From IMG/VR virus record IMGVR_UViG_3300045141_000181, positions 1 to 64,000 of that record: a stretch of 64,000 bases of DNA, one strand, 5' to 3'. Made by a program: the position numbers and the translations under genes. The notes under the pieces were generated by a model. That model worked only from the letters and a program-made list of their open reading frames with translations. It made no database searches and was not told the DNA's origin. Positions 55,774 through 64,000 of this stretch are shown in pieces (the stretch's first letter is position 1; each line of letters starts with the position of its first letter). This DNA comes from a virus.

Positions 55774-56620
55774 GCGCGTCGCCTCTTGGCCGCTAACCGT
55801 TTCCAGCGCCTACTCTCGCGTGCGCGTTTGTATCTGTCCGCGCAACCCATACAGCAGAACTTGGCATTGGGTCCGTAGGGCGCAAACCAGCGACCACAGA
55901 GACATTGCTTCTCTTTCGGGAGATTCTTGCCGAGGAATATTCCTTGAATCACAACCGAACCCCAGCAAGTCGCGACATGTGCTCCAAGATCGCCGGGTTT
56001 TTGTAGTAATCCGCTGCGGCGGCTACCTGCTTCGCAAAATACTCGTTACCGGCTTTTCCTACCCAGTCATCCACACGTGGCTCAGCCGGTCGGCTTGCGC
56101 GTTCCGCATCTCGCGCAGCCCGCTTCTTCGCATTCCGTGCATTTTGCAGTTTTCTCGAACAGGCGCGACAGCGTCTCGACCGTGTTATCCCCGTTTGCCA
56201 GATGTGACAGATTACGCAGCTCTCGTATCCCGCATCCCAGAGCCAGCGCTTCATGCGCATTTCCAGGTACGTTTTGCAACCGAACTTTGGGTACTTCATG
56301 CAGCTCTCTTTTCTTCCGGCTTCACTGGCTCTAAACCTAGCGACCAGAGCTTGCTGTTTGCCCGCTTCAGCGCAATCTCGGTGGCCTCCAGCTTATTTTC
56401 CAGATTCTCGATTTCGTCTTCCCACCAGAACCGATGCTCAGGCGACTGAATAGGCATTGCCGTCCTCCAGTTCCTCCAGCGCAATCTTTTCCGACAGCCA
56501 GTCAACGTGTCCCAGCGTCGCGCCAAATCGCTCCGTGGCCGTCAGGCTTTCGTCCCGCGCGTTCTTCAGGCATAGTTCCGCTTGCTTGGCGCAGTATTCG
56601 ATGTGCTCGTCTCTAGTCAT
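55770..56620 (-). CDS. Cluster of small coupled phage ORFs (Cys-rich and coiled-coil)
   Basis: 55770-55952, 55949-56299, 56296-~56457 and 56438-56620, mostly ATGA-overlapped. Confidence 0.45.
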
Positions 56621-57942
56621 GCCGCTACTGGCCTTTCTTCGACCTCGTCAAATCGCGCATATCGCGAAGTGAAGATCAGATTTCCGTGTCCCTTGGGACC
56701 GCCACGCTGCTTCTTGAGTCGGATTATGAACGGCTGCACGTCGGCCTCGTCATCGTCCGTTACGCGCTCAAGGAAGATCACGTGATTCGCGTCTTGCTCG
56801 ATGCCCGACGATTCCTTCAAGTCGGTAAGCTTGCGGTTCTTTGTGTTGCCGCTTTTTTCCGGCCTGCTGAATTGAGACAGCACCATGACGGGGATATCAA
56901 AGTCTTGCGCAATCTGCTTCATCCCCCGGCTCAGACTGGCGACTTCCTCGGCGCGCGTTCCAAATCTCCCGATACCGCTCATGAGTTGCAAATAATCGAC
57001 CACTAGGAACTCAATGGGCTTGCCAATGGACCGATAGCGGTGTAGGTCCTGCCGTAGCATCGGGATCGTGATAGTCCCGGTGTCGCGATACAAAATCAGA
57101 TCCCCGAGTTCAGCGATCTTCCAGGCCGTAGCACATGCCTTGCCGCGCTCGTCTTCCTCGCCCAGCCCGATACTCAGCCGGTGCATGTTGACGCGCCCGA
57201 CTTGCCCGATGATGCGGCACAGTACCTCCTCGTTGCTCATCTCCATCGAGTAAAGCGCCGTTCTTTTGCCAGCGTGCGCCGCCGAGTAAATCGACTGCAT
57301 GGCGCATGCTGTTTTCCCTTCTCCGGTATTCGCCGCCAGCACCGTAAGCGTTTTGCGCTTAAACCGCATCCTCGACCGCAGCCAAGCGAATGGAGGCTCG
57401 ATGCCGTTCTGTGATGGCCTGATTAGGTCGTTGATGCCAACGCGCTCGATGATCTGGTCGGCCGTCTCGAAAGCTTTCTCACCCTTCGGCTGCATGCCCT
57501 CCCCGACGCGCCGTAGCTCTTCCGCCAGATCCCCAGGTGATTCGCCGCGATAGGCCCGCGATTTGATGCTCTCGACATCGCAGATCAACTTCCGCAGCAT
57601 CGCTTTTTCCCTCAAGATGCTGATGTAGTTGTCGATGTGATGAACATGAGGCAGTCCGTCATCCAACGAGACCAGATAGCTCAATCCGTCGACCGAGGCC
57701 AGTTCACCGTGGCGCTGCAATTCCTCAGCGACCGTGACGCGATCGATCTTGCCGCCCCGCTGCTGGATCTCGCCCATGCGCAGGAAAATCCGCTTATGCT
57801 TCTCAAGCGAGAAGTCAGTCTGCGCCAAGCTCGTCATGATCGCCTCGACAGGCGTTCTGGCCGGGTCCGCGCTCATCAGCGCACCGAGCACAAGTCTCTC
57901 GCAGTCCAGGTTGTCGGGTAACGGTAAGTCTTCAGTATTCAT
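56617..57942 (-). CDS. dnaB: Replicative DNA helicase DnaB-like
   Basis: AANTGEGKT, SMEM, VVDYLQLM, LSQFSR, DLKESSGIEQDA, KQRGG. Confidence 0.95.
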   Translation of the reverse strand: MNTEDLPLPDNLDCERLVLGALMSADPARTPVEAIMTSLAQTDFSLEKHKRIFLRMGEIQQRGGKIDRVTVAEELQRHGELASVDGLSYLVSLDDGLPHVHHIDNYISILREKAMLRKLICDVESIKSRAYRGESPGDLAEELRRVGEGMQPKGEKAFETADQIIERVGINDLIRPSQNGIEPPFAWLRSRMRFKRKTLTVLAANTGEGKTACAMQSIYSAAHAGKRTALYSMEMSNEEVLCRIIGQVGRVNMHRLSIGLGEEDERGKACATAWKIAELGDLILYRDTGTITIPMLRQDLHRYRSIGKPIEFLVVDYLQLMSGIGRFGTRAEEVASLSRGMKQIAQDFDIPVMVLSQFSRPEKSGNTKNRKLTDLKESSGIEQDANHVIFLERVTDDDEADVQPFIIRLKKQRGGPKGHGNLIFTSRYARFDEVEERPVAA

Positions 57943-58730
57943 CGCAAAAAAATCTCTCCCAGGGGTCTAGTGTCTACGGCCGGTACATCCCGTACGGGAG
58001 AGGCGCGGGCCGCGAAAAGCGTGGGCGGCTCCTGCTCGTAACGCTCCATCGTGGCCGCGAGATAGTTGCTGAGGGCCTTCGCGTACTCGCCGCCGTTTTT
58101 AGTCCAGTCCTCGGATTCTGACTTTGCTTGGTGGATGGCAACGATTTTCCGCACATATGCCGCAGTTTCATCAAGCGGCTTTCCCTCAGCAGTCACCAAC
58201 CGTTTATGCTTCAGAATCGCCACGAGCCGTTTTCTAACTTCGCTCGGGCCAATGTCGCGCCTATTCGGCGGATGGGTCTGGTGAATGTCGGTGGAGGCTT
58301 GATCGAGTACTGCCTGAAAGGGACTTAAGGGTTTATCTGAAGATGAAGACAGAAGAAGTAATGTTGAACCACCCTTGGGTAGCTGGTTGGTTTTTTGTAA
58401 CTTCTTACTTTCTGCGGAGTTACGCCCACCTGTACTAGACTTTTCGGCCCATTTCTGCTGCTTTTCGCGCTCCAACTCCAGCCTCTTGTGAACCAACCTT
58501 GTGTTGTCGGTTGCCGAGTGGCTGAAGCATTTTGTAACCACCCTTAATACGGTGCTGTCTGCACCCTTGCATAACCGTGAGAGCATGACTTCATCGGCAG
58601 GAATGCTGCCCTCTCGCCAGCAGTAGGACAGCAGCCGGATATACGCGCCTTCTTCCTCAAGGGTCATCAACTGTACTTGCTCGTCGGCAAGGTAGTCGGC
58701 AGCGTAAAACTGAAAAGCTGGAGCCTTCAT
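57939..58730 (-). CDS. Phage replication initiator, YdaU/DUF1376-like
   Basis: PAFQFYAADYL...MTLEEEGAYIRLL..CW; immediately upstream of dnaB. Confidence 0.85.
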   Translation of the reverse strand: MKAPAFQFYAADYLADEQVQLMTLEEEGAYIRLLSYCWREGSIPADEVMLSRLCKGADSTVLRVVTKCFSHSATDNTRLVHKRLELEREKQQKWAEKSSTGGRNSAESKKLQKTNQLPKGGSTLLLLSSSSDKPLSPFQAVLDQASTDIHQTHPPNRRDIGPSEVRKRLVAILKHKRLVTAEGKPLDETAAYVRKIVAIHQAKSESEDWTKNGGEYAKALSNYLAATMERYEQEPPTLFAARASPVRDVPAVDTRPLGEIFLR

Positions 58731-59422
58731 GCTGTGGCCTCCGCGTCGAACGAGAACACTTCCTGACTTAGCCGCTCGGCAGCTATTTCGCAGTAGCGCT
58801 CCTCCCGTTCAATACCCACATACGGAATGCCCAATTCATGGCACGCGTGCGCCGTAGTGCCGGAACCCATAAACGGGTCGCAGACGCTTGTTCCGCCGAA
58901 GTATTTTAGAAGCCACCGCGCATGCTGTGGCTTCCTGGGTGTTGGATGGCGCAATGTGGCGATTGCCTCGTCTGTAGCGATTTTGTTGCGGCCATTGCCA
59001 CGCGCAAACCCCTTGTCGTTTCGTGTGGCGACTATTCGCCCCGGAATTACATGAGCCCCCTCGCGCGAAGGGGGGGGCTCACCAAAGGCATAGGCCACGT
59101 CTGCCGTATAAAGCAGGCGTCCGATGTAGTTCGGGCAGGCCAGTTCCAGCCAACATACGCGAAAGAAAGCAAATCGGGCCGGAACTGCTGCCAGAAATCT
59201 AGGATCGGAATTGCATCCCAGATGGATCACTATTCGCTTGGTCTCCTTGCCGCATTTATCTAATGCCTCACCAAGAAGCGCTTGTGGGTCTTCGATGTCA
59301 AGAAAGACCGAATTAGGCCAAACGGGATCAGTGATTATGGCTTCTGCCTCGACCTGCGGCAGCACTTCCCGGCAATCGCCGTGATAGATGGTTATTCCAG
59401 CGTGCTGATAGTACGGCTTCAC
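58727..59422 (-). CDS. DNA methyltransferase (N4/N6, beta class)
   Basis: IYHGDC, ITDPVW (motif IV variant), HPT.KP, DPFMGSGTT. Confidence 0.85.
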   Translation of the reverse strand: MKPYYQHAGITIYHGDCREVLPQVEAEAIITDPVWPNSVFLDIEDPQALLGEALDKCGKETKRIVIHLGCNSDPRFLAAVPARFAFFRVCWLELACPNYIGRLLYTADVAYAFGEPPPSREGAHVIPGRIVATRNDKGFARGNGRNKIATDEAIATLRHPTPRKPQHARWLLKYFGGTSVCDPFMGSGTTAHACHELGIPYVGIEREERYCEIAAERLSQEVFSFDAEATA

Positions 59423-59688
59423 TTCTGTCGCTCCTCGATCGCCGCGGTCTCAGCCGCCAGCCTGCGCACGTCCTCGTAATCCGCCTCAAGCCGCGCCAGG
59501 GCTGCGCGCGTACGGCGTCTCTCGCTGGCACTCTTTTTCTGCCACGGCGCATTGCCATCGTTTTTGCACCGTCCGTGATCCAAATGGAGCCGAGCATCCT
59601 GCTCCGTGTAACCGCATGACGGACAATATTCGCGCGTTTCCTCTATGCGGCGGCGCAGCTCTGCCATCAGGCCGGTTATGGGGGTCAT
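59419..59688 (-). CDS. Hypothetical protein
   Basis: CPSC...H..C; ATGA-coupled. Confidence 0.45.
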   Translation of the reverse strand: MTPITGLMAELRRRIEETREYCPSCGYTEQDARLHLDHGRCKNDGNAPWQKKSASERRRTRAALARLEADYEDVRRLAAETAAIEERQK

Positions 59689-60185
59689 GCGGCCGCTTCT
59701 CCCCTTGGGAAGTTTAGAATTGCAAACTCCCCGAACAACTCTAGTGCTTTGGCGTCATAGGCGCGGGCGGCCTCTTCCGCCGTTGCGAAGCGACCTATGT
59801 TTATCTGTTTGCGATTCAGCCCAATGGTCGCGCTCCACTTACCGCTCCTGGTAGCCGCCACTCCGCGATACGGGCGATTTCCACGCTTTGGCATCACCCT
59901 GTTTGCGTTGTTCTGAGTGCGGGTAGCCACTCGTAGATTCAATCTGCAGCAATTTAATCCGTCGCGGTCACGATGATCAACGTGCTGATCCGGTCCGGCC
60001 TCCAGCAGGAATCGATGAAGGTAAATCATCTTTCCGGCTTCCATACGCACGGCATAAAGGATGTCCCTGCGCTTTCCGGTTCTCAGTAGTGACCACGTGT
60101 ATTGAGCCACTAGGCGATAGTCGTCCCGGTCAATAGTGGCGAATTCGCCACGCGAGAGCGGTATCCGGAGCGTGGCCGACGTCAT
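59685..60185 (-). CDS. HNH-AP2 endonuclease
   Basis: LHR...VDHRDRDGLNC.R.NLR plus AP2 domain YRGV...W.A.I....GRFATAEEAARAYD. Confidence 0.92.
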   Translation of the reverse strand: MTSATLRIPLSRGEFATIDRDDYRLVAQYTWSLLRTGKRRDILYAVRMEAGKMIYLHRFLLEAGPDQHVDHRDRDGLNCCRLNLRVATRTQNNANRVMPKRGNRPYRGVAATRSGKWSATIGLNRKQINIGRFATAEEAARAYDAKALELFGEFAILNFPRGEAAA

Positions 60186-60259
60186 TTACGGTCCCCTATC
60201 CGGTACACATAGGTGCAGTTAATTGGGACAGCCGGGCTTGTCTTGCCGCTTAAGTTATT

Positions 60260-60306
60260 GAGCCGGCAGGGGGAGTTGAACCCCCGCCTTCGGATTACAA
60301 ATCCGA
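60260..60306 (-). other. attP core: 3' half of tRNA-Thr(UGU)
   Basis: Minus strand TCGGA-TTTGTAA-TCCGA (anticodon arm), GGGGG-TTCAACT-CCCCC (T arm), then TGCCGGCTC; no 5' half or D arm; about 110 bp from the integrase stop. Confidence 0.8.
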
Positions 60307-60417
60307 CGTATTCCCTATCGCCACGTGTTGTGGTGTTGCTTTTCAATATATTCACGTCGCCGGTTTGTCGCCATGTGCTCCACTTTTGCCCACCAATACC
60401 GCAAACATTGGGACAGG

Positions 60418-61491
60418 TCATTTGACCCTCCGCAACAGCGGTTTTTCAGCTCGCCCCATGCTTCGCTTCTCTCTGGCGATATCAAGGTTTTCCTTGTCCA
60501 CGATTCCGTAGCGCCGGTCGATCGACGGCGTCTTCATCCCCATAACCTTCATGCGGACGCCTTCTGGAATACCGCAGTCACGCATGCCCATGTTGGCCGA
60601 GCGCCGCAGATCATGGAAGCGCAAACCGGGGAACCCGGCACGTTTGCAAGCGCTGGCCCACGCCTTGCGGATCGTCTTCAACCGCCGCCCGTTGTGCGTA
60701 AATAGGGCCGGTTCGCCAGGGCATACCGAATCGTGATAGATCAGTTCCTCAGTGAGCAGATCCAGCATCGGCCCATCGAATATAGGGACCTCTCGCGGCT
60801 CACCATTTTTTGTCTTCCGAAGGTATATCGCCAGCCCATCCAGATTGAGGTCAGACACATCGACCGACAGCCACTCTCCCCGGCGAGCGCCAGCGTAGAA
60901 TGCGCAAGCGCTGACGGCCCTCAGGTAGCGAGGCAATTCCGGCAACAGTTTCTTCTCGAAGTCCTCGTCGCGGATGAACCCTTGGCGCACGTTGTCTTTC
61001 TCTGACTCCATCGGGAAATGCGGCAGAGTGGGGAGCGCCTTGGGGCGACGCTCCGCCAAGTCGTTCATAGCTGACCGCAGGAACGCCAATTCCCGATTGA
61101 TGGAGGTCTGACTGGTGCGCGGCTGCTTCTCGCGTTGCTCCCGGTAGTCGGTCAGCATGTCCGTTGTGATGCGTGTCAGCAACGTGTCGCCAAAGAACGG
61201 GTTGAGGTGCTTCCGGGCTTGCGATGCATAGGTCTTGTGTGTGCCGACGGCGAGCTTCTTGCGCTTCAGGAACGACTCCAGGAGTTCCGGGACAGTCAGT
61301 GTGTCCCGCCCATTGCTAAGCGTTCCAGCAGCGGCTTTCTGCTGTAATTGCAGTAACAGCTCGACAGCCTTCCCGCGATCGCTGCTGCCGGTGGCGTATT
61401 CCTTACCGTGGAACCGCACAGACCAACGCTGACCGCGCTGAAAGACTCGACCGAATCCGTACTGGCGCGTGCGTTTGCGCTTGATACGCAT
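60418..61491 (-). CDS. int: Tyrosine integrase
   Basis: N-terminal arm-binding domain, INRELAFL, GARRGEW, KTKNG, FHDLRRS, RRY. Confidence 0.93.
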   Translation of the reverse strand: MRIKRKRTRQYGFGRVFQRGQRWSVRFHGKEYATGSSDRGKAVELLLQLQQKAAAGTLSNGRDTLTVPELLESFLKRKKLAVGTHKTYASQARKHLNPFFGDTLLTRITTDMLTDYREQREKQPRTSQTSINRELAFLRSAMNDLAERRPKALPTLPHFPMESEKDNVRQGFIRDEDFEKKLLPELPRYLRAVSACAFYAGARRGEWLSVDVSDLNLDGLAIYLRKTKNGEPREVPIFDGPMLDLLTEELIYHDSVCPGEPALFTHNGRRLKTIRKAWASACKRAGFPGLRFHDLRRSANMGMRDCGIPEGVRMKVMGMKTPSIDRRYGIVDKENLDIAREKRSMGRAEKPLLRRVK

Positions 61492-61700
61492 TAAGCTAGT
61501 ACCGCCGCCGAGTATGTACTGATCGCTTCTTTAATGCCTTCCATCCATGCCGCCTTTACTTCTTGGGGCACCTCGTCCCAGGAAAGTACATACTTAGAAT
61601 TCCGGAATGCTTGTCTGTATGCCTCATAGGCAACCTGCGCCAAAGCCATCCAGTTCCATTGTTGGTTCATGCGATCCTCTCTACTGACCTTGCCGCCCAC
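61491..61700 (-). CDS. Hypothetical phage protein
   Basis: LAQVAYEAY...WDE.P..VK.AW motif. Confidence 0.5.
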   Translation of the reverse strand: MGGKVSREDRMNQQWNWMALAQVAYEAYRQAFRNSKYVLSWDEVPQEVKAAWMEGIKEAISTYSAAVLA

Positions 61701-61924
61701 TCGTCCAGGTCCACCCGGCGAAACTGCATCGACCTATCCGCCCGCACTGCGGGGATTTGGCCGAACCGGTGTAGATTGCGAAGCGCCTGAACGGAGCGGT
61801 CTATATATTCGGCGGCCGTCTCGATCGACATCACCGCTGGCCAGTCATGTCTATCGGGCTGCTTTTTACTGATCCGCTCAGAAATAGCATCCGCCAATTC
61901 GTCCAAGAATGTCTTGTCGAACAT
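61667..61924 (-). CDS. xis: Excisionase-like HTH protein
   Basis: VMSIETAAEYIDRS...GQIPAVR....FRRVDLDEW. Confidence 0.75.
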   Translation of the reverse strand: MFDKTFLDELADAISERISKKQPDRHDWPAVMSIETAAEYIDRSVQALRNLHRFGQIPAVRADRSMQFRRVDLDEWAARSVERIA

Positions 61925-62136
61925 CAGGCTTCCCCCAACTTGCGCAATTGGCTGACTCTCCAGAATCCGCCGCCCTCAAAGAACGCTATGGCCTCTAAGT
62001 TCGGGAATCTTTCGAGGGCGTCTTTACCGTACACTTTGACTTCCTCCACTTTGCACGTAAACGGCGAGCCATCTGGGTTATACCCCCAGTTCGGTCCGGT
62101 GACGATATCGCCGGGTTGACATTCACACACCTTCAT
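61924..62136 (-). CDS. Hypothetical protein
   Basis: Coupled ORF. Confidence 0.45.
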   Translation of the reverse strand: MKVCECQPGDIVTGPNWGYNPDGSPFTCKVEEVKVYGKDALERFPNLEAIAFFEGGGFWRVSQLRKLGEA

Positions 62137-62613
62137 CTACGCCGCCTTTCCGCTAATTTTCGAGATGTCGTACCCGTAGACGCTGACGGCCAGTGCTGCC
62201 CACATATGGCTTGCGATGCCGAACGTAGGACCGGGCGCTTTGCGATTTCCGGGAGGTCCAAGCCGGTCAATCAAAGCTTCCCGCACATGTGAGTCGTTCG
62301 CTCTGGCAACCCCGCATAGATGCGTCTTGATGGTAGGTCTGGTCGCAAACTCCGGCATCGTTCGCAGATCCTTCCAGCGCTGAGTAAATCGCCCCGTCCA
62401 GAGGATCGTCTTGATGGTTGATGACCCCATCTGCGTGCCGTAGTTCTGCACCATTTCGATGAAGCAGGTCGGGTACTCCAGTTCTGCCCACGCCTTTAGT
62501 TGCCACTCTTCCAGTTCGTCATTGTCGTAGATTCCGTAGCCGATAATTCGCGCGCCGTCCCACATAACCGCTGCTGATTTATCGCTGCCGGGATCGATGC
62601 CCAGAATTGTCAT
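62137..62613 (-). CDS. RuvC-like Holliday junction resolvase
   Basis: ILGIDPG...FIE...IK..LCG...AALAV. Confidence 0.8.
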   Translation of the reverse strand: MTILGIDPGSDKSAAVMWDGARIIGYGIYDNDELEEWQLKAWAELEYPTCFIEMVQNYGTQMGSSTIKTILWTGRFTQRWKDLRTMPEFATRPTIKTHLCGVARANDSHVREALIDRLGPPGNRKAPGPTFGIASHMWAALAVSVYGYDISKISGKAA

Positions 62614-62942
62614 TTGCGTTTCTTCTCCACGGGCTTAGCCCACTCGCGGGAGAAGCCCCAACCCGGATGCGCGGCCTCGCACGGAATAATGCCAACACCC
62701 ATGCGGCGGCCGTGAGCGGGTATTTGCCCGCGCTCAGTTAGATCGACCGTCTCGGCACATACCGGACATTGAATTGCCTTTTGCTCGTCCTGTTTCATCG
62801 ACGCCCTCCCAATAACTCACGCACTTTATTCAGCGCCCAGAACCATGTCGGCCCGAATCCTTCCAGTCGCGCATCCCTGATGCGGTACACGTGCCACCAG
62901 CCGGATTCGCGGCAGATTCGGTATTGGGCGGATTGCTTCATC

Positions 62943-63314
62943 TCAATCGACAAATTCAAACTCAATTCGGGTTACTTCCGTCTCTGGCGCGCAGCCCTTA
63001 TGGGATGCGCAGAAGAACTTAACGAACTCTGACGGGAATCGCAATGTAGGGTGATAGGCAAACCCTTCCTTGACGCATTCTGCTATCCCGTATCTGACAT
63101 CGTCGGTCATTCTATTAAGCGGCTCTTGAGAGGTATCTACTACTCGAATTACGGCAAGTTTGGTGATCTTCTCGCCCCTCTTTAATCCTTGACTCTTCAG
63201 AACTCCCTGAAGCAGCGTTCCCGGCTTGAGCGCCCGCCAGCCATTCCTGCGCGTAACGGTCTTCGTCCGATTCCGGATCTGTTCCCTCGTTAAAGCGAAC
63301 GATATATTTCTCAT
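62943..63314 (-). CDS. ASCH/PUA-like domain protein
   Basis: ISF...KTVTRR.GW...PG...EGF......F...F.......V.RIEF. Confidence 0.75.
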   Translation of the reverse strand: MRNISFALTREQIRNRTKTVTRRNGWRALKPGTLLQGVLKSQGLKRGEKITKLAVIRVVDTSQEPLNRMTDDVRYGIAECVKEGFAYHPTLRFPSEFVKFFCASHKGCAPETEVTRIEFEFVD

Positions 63315-63322
63315 CTATTGCC

Positions 63323-64000
63323 CTATCGTGGAATATCCGCATCAGTAATGCTTGTCCGCTTCTCCATCTGTATTGCGGTCCAAATCTCTAGCAATGCTGG
63401 CCGTGCGCCACTGGTCTTCTCGCCGCGAAACTGATTGCTCCGCTCTACACCTTGCGCGCGCAACGCTGCGCGATAGATACTCTCCGCTTCGTTGATTCCA
63501 ATCAGCTCTTCTAGTGCTTCCTTGAGCCGCTGGAACACCTTAACCGTGGAAGCAATATCCGTCATCTCCTCACAGAGCACCAGCAACGCATCCGGCGTTA
63601 TGTCTTCCTCGGTTTCCGGCTGTGCAAACTCGCGCTTGGCCTTGATGGACTGGAACAGTAGCTTGGCTACTTCGCGCTTTTGCTCTAAGTCCAACTCGCT
63701 CGACTTGGTAACATTGAACCGCTTGATTATGCGGTCCAGTTCGGCCTTGGCATCTTCGGCTTTGAAGTACTTCGGCATCTCCATCTGCACCAGATTCGTC
63801 AGGACGACGTTGACTTGGTTTAGGCTGGCCTGTTTGATCTGCTGATTGAATCGCTCGGAATCGGATAGGTTCTCATCCACAGTGGGCGGTTCTTCACGTC
63901 GAATCTGCTGTAGTTTTCTGTCTCTTACTTCCTCTGCCGCCTGCCTGCTTCCGTTCAATCCGCTACCCTCGTTTCCGTCGTCATCCTCTGGAGCGATCCC
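63323..64000 (-). CDS. erf: ERF-family ssDNA annealing protein (5' truncated at window edge)
   Basis: Frame is open to base 64000 and begins GIAPEDDDGN, the ERF C-terminal signature. Confidence 0.7.
   Translation of the reverse strand, partial: GIAPEDDDGNEGSGLNGSRQAAEEVRDRKLQQIRREEPPTVDENLSDSERFNQQIKQASLNQVNVVLTNLVQMEMPKYFKAEDAKAELDRIIKRFNVTKSSELDLEQKREVAKLLFQSIKAKREFAQPETEEDITPDALLVLCEEMTDIASTVKVFQRLKEALEELIGINEAESIYRAALRAQGVERSNQFRGEKTSGARPALLEIWTAIQMEKRTSITDADIPR

Noticed and set aside
60258-60365. Complete tRNA-Thr gene
   Set aside because: No D arm or 5' acceptor strand at the right distance; only the 3' half is present, which fits attP.
60182-60421. 79-aa ORF across attP
   Set aside because: Overlaps the tRNA-derived core and arm repeats; no recognisable protein features.

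Overview
The whole window reads as part of one temperate, podovirus-like (P22-type layout) phage genome of more than 64 kb, probably from an Acidobacteriota-like host (inferred). From the left, on the minus strand: fibre/spike genes, ejection proteins, nozzle, adaptor, major capsid, scaffold, an Acb2 anti-CBASS sponge, portal, large and small terminase, and a lysis cassette. Interleaved plus-strand cassettes are driven by near-identical leaderless sigma70 promoters, and there is a PEP-CTERM gene. The right end holds the replication/recombination module: DnaB, YdaU-like initiator, methylase, tyrosine integrase, excisionase, RuvC-like, ASCH and ERF. The striking feature is an apparently complete 18.6 kb conjugation system (36490-55113) between lysis/accessory genes and replication genes. 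It comprises trbB-C-D-E-J-(K)-L-F-G-I, traF, a coupling protein, an RHH accessory protein and a TrwC/MOBF relaxase-helicase, with no integrase or att boundaries of its own. An intact attP (3' half of tRNA-Thr(UGU)) sits next to the single integrase. The element therefore looks like a phage able to make virions, integrate and conjugate. Other notable signals are Sec signal peptides on fibre/spike proteins, a repeated two-hairpin RNA leader, and phased repeats at terS. All calls come from motif recognition by eye; no database searches were run.
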